This document shows positions 28,459 through 36,564 of a stretch of DNA of 37,775 bases, one piece after another. The notes under the pieces were generated by a model. It was not told where the DNA came from. It did not search any database and worked only from the letters and a program-made list of their open reading frames with translations. Position numbers and translations under genes: made by a program. The DNA comes from Myxococcota bacterium (GTDB lineage: Bacteria; Myxococcota_A; UBA9160; PR03), in the NCBI GenBank assembly GCA_041611735.1, contig JBFIML010000043.1:1-37775 (forward strand), written 5' to 3'. Each line of letters begins with the position of its first letter. The stretch's first letter is position 1.

Positions 28459-29414
28459 CCGTTGCTTCCTTCCGAGTAGAACTGCCGCGCCCACTTCCGG
28501 AACTCGGCCAGGTCCTTGTCCGCTTCGCACAAGACCGGGCGCGCCCGGTGGATCTTGTTCTCCCAGATCCGCATGTCCTGGAGCACGCCCGAGGAGAGCC
28601 AATCGATGAACTCCTCGCCGGCCTGGTCGGCCATGTTTCGGCTGGTGGCGAAGATCCAGCGCGAATGCGAGTTGCGGCGATCGATCGGCGAGGTCGAGGA
28701 GAACATCAAGAGCCCGGCGTCCGCCAGCCCCTTGAGCCGCACGCTCGAGAGCCCGAGACCCCAGGTGTCCCGTTCGAGCTCGGTCTGGAAGGTTCCGAAG
28801 GGGGTCTGCTGCTCGACCTGGCTCGAGATGCGGAAGAAACGGCCGCCCTCGCCGTAGCTCATCTCCGAGGCCGGCGCCGCGGCGCTCTTGTGCACGAACT
28901 GGAAGTGGACCGGGTCGCAGTTGTTCTCGGCCATGTCCTGCATGTGGACCGGAACCCGGAGCTCGAAGGTGCGCGGCTCGGTCCACTCCGGGTCTTCCAG
29001 CTCCGGCATGGTTGGGACCTCCCAGTCGGGTGGCTTCCCTTCCGAGTGCCGCCACACGAAGATCATGCGGTTGCGCTCTGTCACGTCCCACGCGCGCATC
29101 CGCGCCTTGGGCGGGATCTTCTTGCAGTAGGGGATGGCCACGCAGGTCCCGGTGCCGTCGTACTGCCAGCCGTGGAACGGACAGCGGATCGTCTCGCCCA
29201 CCACGCGGCCGCCCTCGCCCAGGTGCGCTCCCAGGTGCGCACAGTAGGCGTCGAGCACCCGCGGCGTGCCGCTGCGGGAGCGGAACAACACCAGCTCCTC
29301 GCCGAAGTAGCGCAGCCGCCGTACGTCGCCGGGCACCAGATCCCGGCTCCAGGCCACCGCGAACCACCCGTCCGGAAGCGGGAGCTCCGTGTGCTCCCGG
29401 TCCCGCGAGCTCAC
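28455..29414 (-). CDS. Rieske non-heme iron oxygenase (KshA / cholesterol 7-desaturase-like)
   Basis: CAHLGAHL...CPFHGW Rieske motif; ENNCDPVHFQFVH and QDMRIWENK mononuclear Fe motifs; GTGA overlap at 29414. Confidence 0.9.
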   Translation of the reverse strand: MSSRDREHTELPLPDGWFAVAWSRDLVPGDVRRLRYFGEELVLFRSRSGTPRVLDAYCAHLGAHLGEGGRVVGETIRCPFHGWQYDGTGTCVAIPYCKKIPPKARMRAWDVTERNRMIFVWRHSEGKPPDWEVPTMPELEDPEWTEPRTFELRVPVHMQDMAENNCDPVHFQFVHKSAAAPASEMSYGEGGRFFRISSQVEQQTPFGTFQTELERDTWGLGLSSVRLKGLADAGLLMFSSTSPIDRRNSHSRWIFATSRNMADQAGEEFIDWLSSGVLQDMRIWENKIHRARPVLCEADKDLAEFRKWARQFYSEGSNG

Positions 29415-31120
29415 GGGGTCATCTCGTAGGCGTCGCGCAGGGCGTGGACGTGCTCGCGCCAGACGCGCTCGTAGCGCCCCTCGTCCACCACCGGCTTGCG
29501 GATCATGCGCAGACAGAAGGCCATCTGGGCCTCGGTGCTGCGGGGCTTGCCATGCAGCTGCACGGCGAAGCGCGAGAAGTCCCGCACCAGCACATCGAAG
29601 ATCTGGTCCACCAGCGCCGGATCGATCTCGTAGATCTCGGCGTTCTCCAGCAGCAGCTGGGCGTAGACCACCCCCGTGAAGATCTCGCCGAGAGCCAGCA
29701 GGAAGTCCACGTCCCGCTGCTGGGCTGCGTCGGGCGCGGCCCCGGCCAGCAGCTCTTTGAACACCCCGGTCTGCTCCCGGAAGATCCGCACGTTGGGGAG
29801 ATCCCAACGCTCGAAGACCGGCTCCGGGTCGTGGAAGCGAATCTTGCCGAGGCCCCGCGTCGGCCCCTGCTGGAACAGGAAGTCGTCGTTGCGGGGATCG
29901 CTGCGCTGAGGAACGTGAGGCAGCTCGGCGGGCCGGAAGAAGTAGTTGGCCAGGAACTTCACGATCAGGGCGATGTTCACGTGCACGGTGCCCTCGAGCT
30001 TGGGGAGTGCCCGGATGTCGCGCGCCGCCATCTCGAAGTAGATGTCCTTCTCGAAGCCGCGGGCCGCGATCACGTCCCACATGTGGTTGATCACGTCCTC
30101 GCCCTGGGTAGTGACCTTCATCTTGACGACCGGGTTGTAGAGCAGATAGCGACGGTCCTCGGCGCTGGCCGAGCGCATGTAGTCGGCGGCCCGCAGGGCC
30201 ACGAGCTTCATGGCCACGAGCCGGGCGTAGGCGTCCGTGAAGAGCTGTTTGGCGTGCGGCATGTCCGTCACGTGCATGCCGTAGAGCTCGCGGTGCGCCG
30301 CGTGGTGGAGCGCCTCGTAGAAGGCATGGGTGCAGATCCCAATCGAGGCCCAGCCCAGGTTGAACTTGCCGATGTTCACGGTGTTGAGCGCCGCGTTCCA
30401 GGCCTCGTCGCCGCGGTGCAGGAGGTCCTCCTCGCGCACGGGGTAATCGTGCAGCGCGAACTCCGAGACGAAGTTCTGGCTGTGGCAGACGTTCTGGATG
30501 CACTCGTAGCCCGGGTGCTGGGTGTCCACCGCGAAGAAGACGTATTCGCCGGTGTCGGTGATCTTCCCGAAGGTGGAGACGAGCGCCGCGCGATTCCCGT
30601 TTCCGATGTAGTACTTGCGCCCGTTGGCGCGCCAGGTGCCGTCGCCCTGGGGCGTGAGCGCCATTTCGGTGGAGTAGAGGTCGGCGCCGTGCGCGCGCTC
30701 GGAGAGCCCGAAGGCAAAGATCCCGCCGTCCTCGAGCAGTCCGGCGGTCTTGCGCTTCACGGCCTCGTTGCCGCTCATCCAGATCGGGCCGAGACCCAGC
30801 ACCGAGACCTGCCAGGTGTACCAGTATTGGAGCCCGTAGAAGCCCAGGATCTCGGCGAACTCGCAGATCCGCCAGGTGTCCCAGCGCGCGTCCTCCGCTC
30901 CGTAGGCGGCGGGTGTGCACAGGGTGGCGAAGATCCGCTCGTCGCGGACGAAGTCCAGGAAGTCCTGGTACCAGACCGCCGCGTGGTCGTCCTCCTTCAC
31001 TCGCCGCAGGCCCTTGCGTTCGAAGAACGCGATGGTCTTCCGCATCACCTCGCGGGAACGCTCGTCGGGGTACTTGCGGTCGTGCTTCTTCGGATTCAGG
31101 AGGAAAGATGCGGACATCAT
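29411..31120 (-). CDS. Acyl-CoA dehydrogenase family protein
   Basis: FGLSERAHGAD, NGRKYYIGNGN, LPKLEGTVHVN (catalytic Glu); GGAGG RBS. Confidence 0.92.
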   Translation of the reverse strand: MMSASFLLNPKKHDRKYPDERSREVMRKTIAFFERKGLRRVKEDDHAAVWYQDFLDFVRDERIFATLCTPAAYGAEDARWDTWRICEFAEILGFYGLQYWYTWQVSVLGLGPIWMSGNEAVKRKTAGLLEDGGIFAFGLSERAHGADLYSTEMALTPQGDGTWRANGRKYYIGNGNRAALVSTFGKITDTGEYVFFAVDTQHPGYECIQNVCHSQNFVSEFALHDYPVREEDLLHRGDEAWNAALNTVNIGKFNLGWASIGICTHAFYEALHHAAHRELYGMHVTDMPHAKQLFTDAYARLVAMKLVALRAADYMRSASAEDRRYLLYNPVVKMKVTTQGEDVINHMWDVIAARGFEKDIYFEMAARDIRALPKLEGTVHVNIALIVKFLANYFFRPAELPHVPQRSDPRNDDFLFQQGPTRGLGKIRFHDPEPVFERWDLPNVRIFREQTGVFKELLAGAAPDAAQQRDVDFLLALGEIFTGVVYAQLLLENAEIYEIDPALVDQIFDVLVRDFSRFAVQLHGKPRSTEAQMAFCLRMIRKPVVDEGRYERVWREHVHALRDAYEMTP

Positions 31121-31308
31121 GGGACCTCCACCAGCCTAGCGTAGTAGCGTACCAGCTTTCGCACCAGCTTCTCGGCTGCCTCCCGGTGCTGCTTCGGGGC
31201 CTCCGGACCGCAGGAGGACGTCCGGGCGCGCGCGCCCCGCCGCACCCGGCGTCCCATCCGGACCGCCTCCCGGATCGGTCGCCGAAGTCCAGAGGGCACC
31301 GGGGCTTC

Positions 31309-33030
31309 CTAGAACAGATCCACCGCCAGGCGGAAGTGGACGCCCGTGTCCTGGAGATCGCGGTCGCTCGGCTCGTTCACGCCGCGGATCTCCTCGGCCC
31401 AGTAGAGCTCCCCGCGCAGGCGCCGGAAGAGCGCCACGCGCAGGCCGACGCCGGCGCTCGAGAGCGTCTTCGGGCCTGGCGTGGAGCGCTTCGTGTTCCA
31501 GGCGCGGCCCACGTCCACGAAGGGCGCCAGCTGCACGGACGAGCCTCCTTCCCGGGACCGCCAGAGCGGGATCCGCAGCTCCAGGGAGCTCGCGAAGCCC
31601 ATGTCGCGCACCAGCTGGTTCTCCCGGTAGCCGCGCACGCTCGCGGCTCCACCCACCGAGAACTGCTCCAGGGGGAGCAGCGGGTCGCTGGCGAGCTGGA
31701 GATCGGTGCGCACGATCCCCTCGATGGCCCAGGGCTCGAAGCGGCGCGCCCATTGGAACTGCCCGAGCCAGGCCAGGAACTGGCCGTCCTCGGTGGAGCC
31801 GCCCTGCACCGTGGCCCCGAAGGCATCGAGCCCCCAGCTCAGGGTGGAGCGCAGCGCGAGCACCTGCGAGCCGTCCCGGCGCACCCATTCCTGGAGGAAG
31901 CGCAGCACGCTCACCCGCGACTTCCCGTTCTCGGCGCCCTCCGAGAAGGAGAAGCGGCTCCCGAGCAGGTAGCTCCGGCTCTCGCGCCACTCCCCGCTCA
32001 GCCCCAAGGCCAGCTCGCTCGTCGCCGTGCGGCGGAGCGGGTGGCGCACGCCCAGCTCCCAGGTCATCGAGCGGCTCTCGATGTCGATGTCGTCGAAGGG
32101 CTCCTCGACCACGTCGCTGTCGCTGTGTCGGAAGCGCAGCCGCAGCCGCGTATCGCGGGCGGTGATCGGCAGCTCGTAGGCCAGCTCCACGTCGTCCAGG
32201 CCTTCGGTCAGGCCGTAGAACCCGCCCAACACGTCGCCGTTCCCGGTGAGATTGCGGTGCGCGAAATGGACCCGCCCGCGCTCCGCCCCGATGCTCGGCG
32301 ACTGGTGGTTGCTCGCCTCGAGCCAGGCCCGCCAGGGCGACGTCTCCTCCACCTGCACGTCGAGCACCGCCTCGCCCAGCCGGTCTCCCGGCCCGAGCTG
32401 GGCGTCGAGGCGCCGGATGCGGTCGTCCTGGAGCAGGACCTGGAGCCGCTCCTCCAGGGCCTGGATGCGAAGGGGCTCGTCCCGTCCCAGATCGAGCCGG
32501 CTGCGCAGGTAGCCCGGGCGGAAGTGGCGGTTGCCCTCGATCTCGACCGCAGCCAGGCGCCCCTCCACGATCCGGTAGACGACGACCCCCGCTCCCACCT
32601 CCTGGTCCGGCAGGATCGCGCCGGAGTTCACGTAGCCGGAGCGGGCATAGTGGAGGGTCAGGGCGTCGCGCAGTGCCCGCAGGTCCTCCGCGCCGAGCTC
32701 GCGCCCCAGGTAGGGAGCCGCCACCTGGGCGAGCTCCTGGTCGTCGAACACGGTGTTGCCCTCGAAGCGGAACTCGCGCACCCGAACCCGCAGACCGCTC
32801 GCCAGCTCGTCGCGCCGCTCGGGACGCGGCGGGGGCGCGGGCGGGAGCACCGGCACCCGGGGCCGCTCGATCTCCGGGAGCTCGCGCTCCCGCTCCGCGG
32901 GCCGGTCGAGGGGAATGCCCTGCACGGGCGCGTCGGGAACGACGACTTGAGCCTCTGCCGGCGTGGCCAGGAGGGCAACCAGGGCGATCCACTTGGGGTC
33001 GAGTCGCAGCCTGTGGCGGTCTCGACGCAT
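31309..33030 (-). CDS. TpsB (ShlB/FhaC/HecB family) Omp85 transporter with POTRA domains
   Basis: F.FEGNTVF, Y..GYVNSGA..P.Q, VEG, SVRGYREN motif, terminal aromatic F; signal peptide ending AEA. Confidence 0.92.
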   Translation of the reverse strand: MRRDRHRLRLDPKWIALVALLATPAEAQVVVPDAPVQGIPLDRPAERERELPEIERPRVPVLPPAPPPRPERRDELASGLRVRVREFRFEGNTVFDDQELAQVAAPYLGRELGAEDLRALRDALTLHYARSGYVNSGAILPDQEVGAGVVVYRIVEGRLAAVEIEGNRHFRPGYLRSRLDLGRDEPLRIQALEERLQVLLQDDRIRRLDAQLGPGDRLGEAVLDVQVEETSPWRAWLEASNHQSPSIGAERGRVHFAHRNLTGNGDVLGGFYGLTEGLDDVELAYELPITARDTRLRLRFRHSDSDVVEEPFDDIDIESRSMTWELGVRHPLRRTATSELALGLSGEWRESRSYLLGSRFSFSEGAENGKSRVSVLRFLQEWVRRDGSQVLALRSTLSWGLDAFGATVQGGSTEDGQFLAWLGQFQWARRFEPWAIEGIVRTDLQLASDPLLPLEQFSVGGAASVRGYRENQLVRDMGFASSLELRIPLWRSREGGSSVQLAPFVDVGRAWNTKRSTPGPKTLSSAGVGLRVALFRRLRGELYWAEEIRGVNEPSDRDLQDTGVHFRLAVDLF

Positions 33031-33092
33031 CCCCCCCGCCACACCCCCCGGGAGACCTCGCATCCTACCACGCGGCGCTGGCCGCCGGGCGG

Positions 33093-33443
33093 TCAGCCCG
33101 ATTCGGCGAGCAGGCCGCTCACGCGTCGCACACCGCGTCCCGGATCGATCACGTTGCGAAGCGCGTGCCAGATCCGGCAGCGGTAGCGGCTCGCTCGCAC
33201 GTCGAGGGGCAGTCGAAGCTCGGGCAGCTCTCCCGCCACGTAGCGCTTGACCTGCGTGCTCCAGGCGGCGAGGGCGGGGCCGTCCCGGCGGAAGTGTGCA
33301 AAGGGGAACTCGGTGCGGAGCTCCTCTTCGAGGGCGCAGTCCTCTTCGCCGAAACGCAGCAGGCAGACGCCGCGTTCGCTGGCCGCCACCAGCATGCGGC
33401 CCAGTGCGCTGTCGGAGATGGTGTACCGGATGGATCGGGCCAT
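33093..33443 (-). pseudogene. ogt: Truncated Ogt/Ada-C methyltransferase homolog lacking the PCHR active site
   Basis: SALGRMLVAASERGVC...LPLDVR...IWHALR matches the Ogt N-terminal domain and first helix of the DNA-binding domain; stops before the HTH/PCHR, with no continuation seen downstream. Confidence 0.65.
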
Positions 33444-33450
33444 GGCCGCC

Positions 33451-33648
33451 TCACGCGAGCTCGAGCCGCTGGCCCGCGAAGTTCCCGGTCAGCACCACGT
33501 CCCCGTCGTTCACCAGGTGCGCGACGGTCTCGACGACCTCCTGCTCGGAGCCCGTCTCGCGCTGCACGTTCTGCACGAGCGCCAGCAGGGTGGTGAAGCG
33601 GGCCGGGGGGTTGGGCTCCCTCGGGGTCGGTCGGGTGAGAGCGGCCAT
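33451..33648 (-). CDS. Small conserved-looking hypothetical protein (65 aa)
   Basis: ATG 33648 with AGGAGG; TTLLALVQNV...EVVETVAHLVNDGDVVLTGNFAG; stop overlaps the RBS of the ogt-like gene. Confidence 0.72.
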   Translation of the reverse strand: MAALTRPTPREPNPPARFTTLLALVQNVQRETGSEQEVVETVAHLVNDGDVVLTGNFAGQRLELA

Positions 33649-33758
33649 GGCGTCTCGTCCTCCTGCCCCGGGAGTGCGGCGAGGGCCGCCGTTCGGATCA
33701 CCCGGGTCGGGAGGAGCGTCCCCAGGGGCGCTCGCGGGGCGCGGGCCCTGGACCCACC

Positions 33759-33788
33759 CCAATCCAATCCGGTGGACCGATTCACCGG
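33759..33788. promoter_or_regulatory. Putative operator in divergent intergenic region
   Basis: CCAATCCAATCC direct repeat abutting near-palindrome CCGGTGGA-CCGA-TTCACCGG. Confidence 0.35.
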
Positions 33789-33832
33789 CCGCGAAGGACT
33801 CCCTGGCTGAGAGCCCGACGGGAGGAGCCGCC

Positions 33833-34057
33833 ATGGTCGCCATCCAGCCGAACGACGGAAACGCCCCGGCCTACTGCCGCCGCTGTCTTTCCCCCGCACG
33901 TCTCCGGGACGTCCGATGCGGGAGCTGCAACACGCCGTTTCGCGGTGCCGGCCGCTTCGACCGGATCGAGGCCGTGGCCCCTTCCACCGAGTTCGGCCAG
34001 CTCTTCCGGCACGATCGGAGCTGGCTCGGCGGGACGCTCAAGAGGCCTGCGGCTTGA
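33833..34057 (+). CDS. Small zinc-ribbon protein (74 aa)
   Basis: ATG 33833 with GGAGGAG; CRRC-x10-CGSC. Confidence 0.68.
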   Translation: MVAIQPNDGNAPAYCRRCLSPARLRDVRCGSCNTPFRGAGRFDRIEAVAPSTEFGQLFRHDRSWLGGTLKRPAA

Positions 34058-34092
34058 CACGCGGGGCTCCGGACGCGTAGTCAGGACGAAGG

Positions 34093-36564
34093 ATGCCGGC
34101 CGCCTGGCCCAGCCCCTGCCCTCGGCGGAGAATCGCCGTCGGCTGCCTCCTGCTCGGGACCCTCGCCCTCGCTGCGCCCGCCGTCCAGGCGCAGCCCGCG
34201 GCTCCCTACGTCGTACGCGATGGGAGCGTCGGAGGCGGTCCCCTCGACGTGAGCGGGATGCCCATCACCGAGCGCATGGGGGACCCGCGAGGCGACAGCC
34301 TCCACCACAGCTTCGAGCGCTTCCACGTCCCGGCGGGCGAGGTGGTGACGTTCGTGGCGACCCCCGCCCGGTTCCGGAATCTGCTCGCCCGCGTGACGGG
34401 CGCCGAGGCCTCCTCCATCGACGGGACCATCGCCTCGCCCGACGTCCCGAACCTCTACCTGATGAACCCGAACGGCATCGTCTTCGGCCCGGGCGCCCGC
34501 CTCGACGTCCCGGGCTCCTTCCACGCCACCACGGCCGATACCGTCAGCGTGGGCGAGAAGACCATCTATGGCTTCGCGAACGACGCGCCGGCGGCTCTCG
34601 TGATCGACGGAGCCCTGCTCATGCTCGGAGGCGATGCTCCGGAGCTCTCGCTCGTGGGCGGTGACGTCCAGATTCGGGGCGGCTCGCTCGACGCTCCGGG
34701 CGGGGTGATTCGGATCGCGAGCGTCGGATCGCCGGGCGAGGTGGTCTCCGGCGCCGACGGCGCGGGTCCCGTCCTGCGTGCCGACGGCTTCGAGCGGCTG
34801 GGCGCGATCTCCCTGGCGCAGGGGACGCGGGTGGATGCCAGCCAGGCTGGCTTCGTGCTGCTGCGCGGCGCGACGCTCTCCCTCGAGGACGCGGAGATCC
34901 GCATCGAGAACTCCGGAGCCAGCGACGGGGGGAGCATCGAAGCCGAGCTCGACGGCGACTTCGTGGTCGGTGCGGACGGCGTGCTTCGGACGCTGACCAG
35001 CGGGGACGGGGACGCGGCGGACGTGAGGCTGGAGGTTGCCCGGCTCGTGCTCCGGGACGGTGGGAGGATCGAGAGCAGGACGAAGGCGGGCGGCGCCACC
35101 GGTAGCCTGCACGTGGATGCGAGCCAGGCGATCCTGATCGAGGGCTTCGCCCCCCGTGTAGACGACGACCGAGAGCGCCCGGACCCGCCCGACTGCGCGG
35201 ACGCGGACGGTGATGGTGGCGATGGTGGCGGCGGCGGCGGTGGCGGTGGCGGTGGCGGCGGTGGCGGCGGCAACCAGGGTGGTCAAGGGGGCGGAAGTCC
35301 GGTCGAAGTCGTGGAAGGAGAGTCGGGACGCATTCGCATCGTCGCTGGAGACCTGAGCCTCTCCAGCGGAGGGCGGGTCGAGAGCGACACGCGGGGGCCG
35401 GTCGAGGGGGCCTCCATCGAGGTCGAGACCACCGGTCGCGTCTTCCTGGGCGGGAGGGCGGAAGGCTCGGGCGATCGCAGTACGCTCGTGCTCGAGGCCG
35501 AGAAGAACTCGTCGGGACGGCTCGGCGAGATCCTGCTGTCGAGCCCGGTGCTGCGGATGGAGGACGGGCGCATCGAGGCGAAGAACCGCGCCGCCGAAGA
35601 CGCCGTGGACGCCGGCGGGGGCGGCGGGGGCGGGGGCGGAGAGGGCTCCGGCGCGGGCATCATCCTGCGCTCACGCGGGAGTGGCGACGCCGGAGATCTC
35701 GTCCTCGTAGCGCCCTCGGTCCGGATGGCGGATGGGCGCATCGCCATGCTCACCTTCGGTCCCGGGAATGGCGGCGATCTCGACCTGACGACCGGAGACC
35801 TGATCCTGCGCGGTGGCGCGGACGGCCGCACCTCCCAGATCGGGAACATCGTGCAGGATCGCACGCTCGCCATCGGCCAGGGCGGGAACGTGTCGATCAC
35901 GGCGCATCGGGTCGACATCCAGGACGCAGACATCTCGGCGAGCAGCGAGAGCTGCCAGGCGGCCCTGCTCGAGAAGATCGCGGGCGACCGCAACACCGAC
36001 GCCGGCCGCTCCGGGGACGTCCGCATCACCGTCCACGACACCATGCGCATCGGCCCGAAGGGCCTGGTCACCGTCGAGACGAAGCGGGCGAACGCCGGCG
36101 AGGTGGATCTCCAGGTGGGGGCCCTGCTGTACCTGGAGGAGGGCGCGATCAAGACCTCCGTCGCGGACGAGGAGGGCAACGGGGGCGACATCACCATCGA
36201 TCCCGTCTTCGTGGTCCTCGACGAGGGCACGATCGAGGCCCGGGCATTCCGGGGCAGCGGGGGCGACATCTCGATCACCACCGACTTCCTGTTCGCCACG
36301 CCGGCCAGCGTCATCGACGCCTCCTCCGCGCTGGGCATCGACGGCACCATCAACATCGACGCCCCGGAGGTGGACATCGCCGGCACCCTCACGGCGCTGC
36401 CCCAGGACTTCGTGGATGCGGCCTCGCTGCTGCGCGAGCAGTGCGCGGCGCGCGGGACGGGGAGCCCGCAGGGAAGCCTGCTCCTCACCGGGCGCGACGG
36501 CCTCCCGAGCGCCATGCCCGACGCCTTCTCCATGGCGCCACTGCGCCTGGGCGACGGCTCCTAG
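34093..36564 (+). CDS. TpsA, filamentous haemagglutinin N-terminal (TPS) domain exoprotein
   Basis: Signal peptide ending VQA; SLHHSFERFHV, ARVTG..S.IDG, NLYLMNPNGIVFG; beta-helical GG.I.I repeats; poly-Gly tracts; C-terminal QC...TGRDGLP motif. Confidence 0.9.
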   Translation: MPAAWPSPCPRRRIAVGCLLLGTLALAAPAVQAQPAAPYVVRDGSVGGGPLDVSGMPITERMGDPRGDSLHHSFERFHVPAGEVVTFVATPARFRNLLARVTGAEASSIDGTIASPDVPNLYLMNPNGIVFGPGARLDVPGSFHATTADTVSVGEKTIYGFANDAPAALVIDGALLMLGGDAPELSLVGGDVQIRGGSLDAPGGVIRIASVGSPGEVVSGADGAGPVLRADGFERLGAISLAQGTRVDASQAGFVLLRGATLSLEDAEIRIENSGASDGGSIEAELDGDFVVGADGVLRTLTSGDGDAADVRLEVARLVLRDGGRIESRTKAGGATGSLHVDASQAILIEGFAPRVDDDRERPDPPDCADADGDGGDGGGGGGGGGGGGGGGGNQGGQGGGSPVEVVEGESGRIRIVAGDLSLSSGGRVESDTRGPVEGASIEVETTGRVFLGGRAEGSGDRSTLVLEAEKNSSGRLGEILLSSPVLRMEDGRIEAKNRAAEDAVDAGGGGGGGGGEGSGAGIILRSRGSGDAGDLVLVAPSVRMADGRIAMLTFGPGNGGDLDLTTGDLILRGGADGRTSQIGNIVQDRTLAIGQGGNVSITAHRVDIQDADISASSESCQAALLEKIAGDRNTDAGRSGDVRITVHDTMRIGPKGLVTVETKRANAGEVDLQVGALLYLEEGAIKTSVADEEGNGGDITIDPVFVVLDEGTIEARAFRGSGGDISITTDFLFATPASVIDASSALGIDGTINIDAPEVDIAGTLTALPQDFVDAASLLREQCAARGTGSPQGSLLLTGRDGLPSAMPDAFSMAPLRLGDGS
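35209..35292. repeat. (GGY)n tract encoding a poly-Gly insert in TpsA (second tract near 35614-35640)
   Basis: DGDGGDGGGGGGGGGGGGGGGGNQGGQGG. Confidence 0.85.

Noticed and set aside
27283-30920. Apparent long fusions (694 aa and 821 aa) of amidohydrolase and Rieske genes
   Set aside because: The extensions are alternative frames of the upstream genes; coupled starts at 28458 and 29414 explain them.
33790-33832. GCTGAGAG as part of a TPP riboswitch
   Set aside because: The other conserved TPP elements are absent and the downstream gene is unrelated to thiamine.
34054-34083. TTGACA upstream of tpsA as a sigma70 promoter
   Set aside because: Perfect -35 but no convincing -10 at 16-18 bp spacing.
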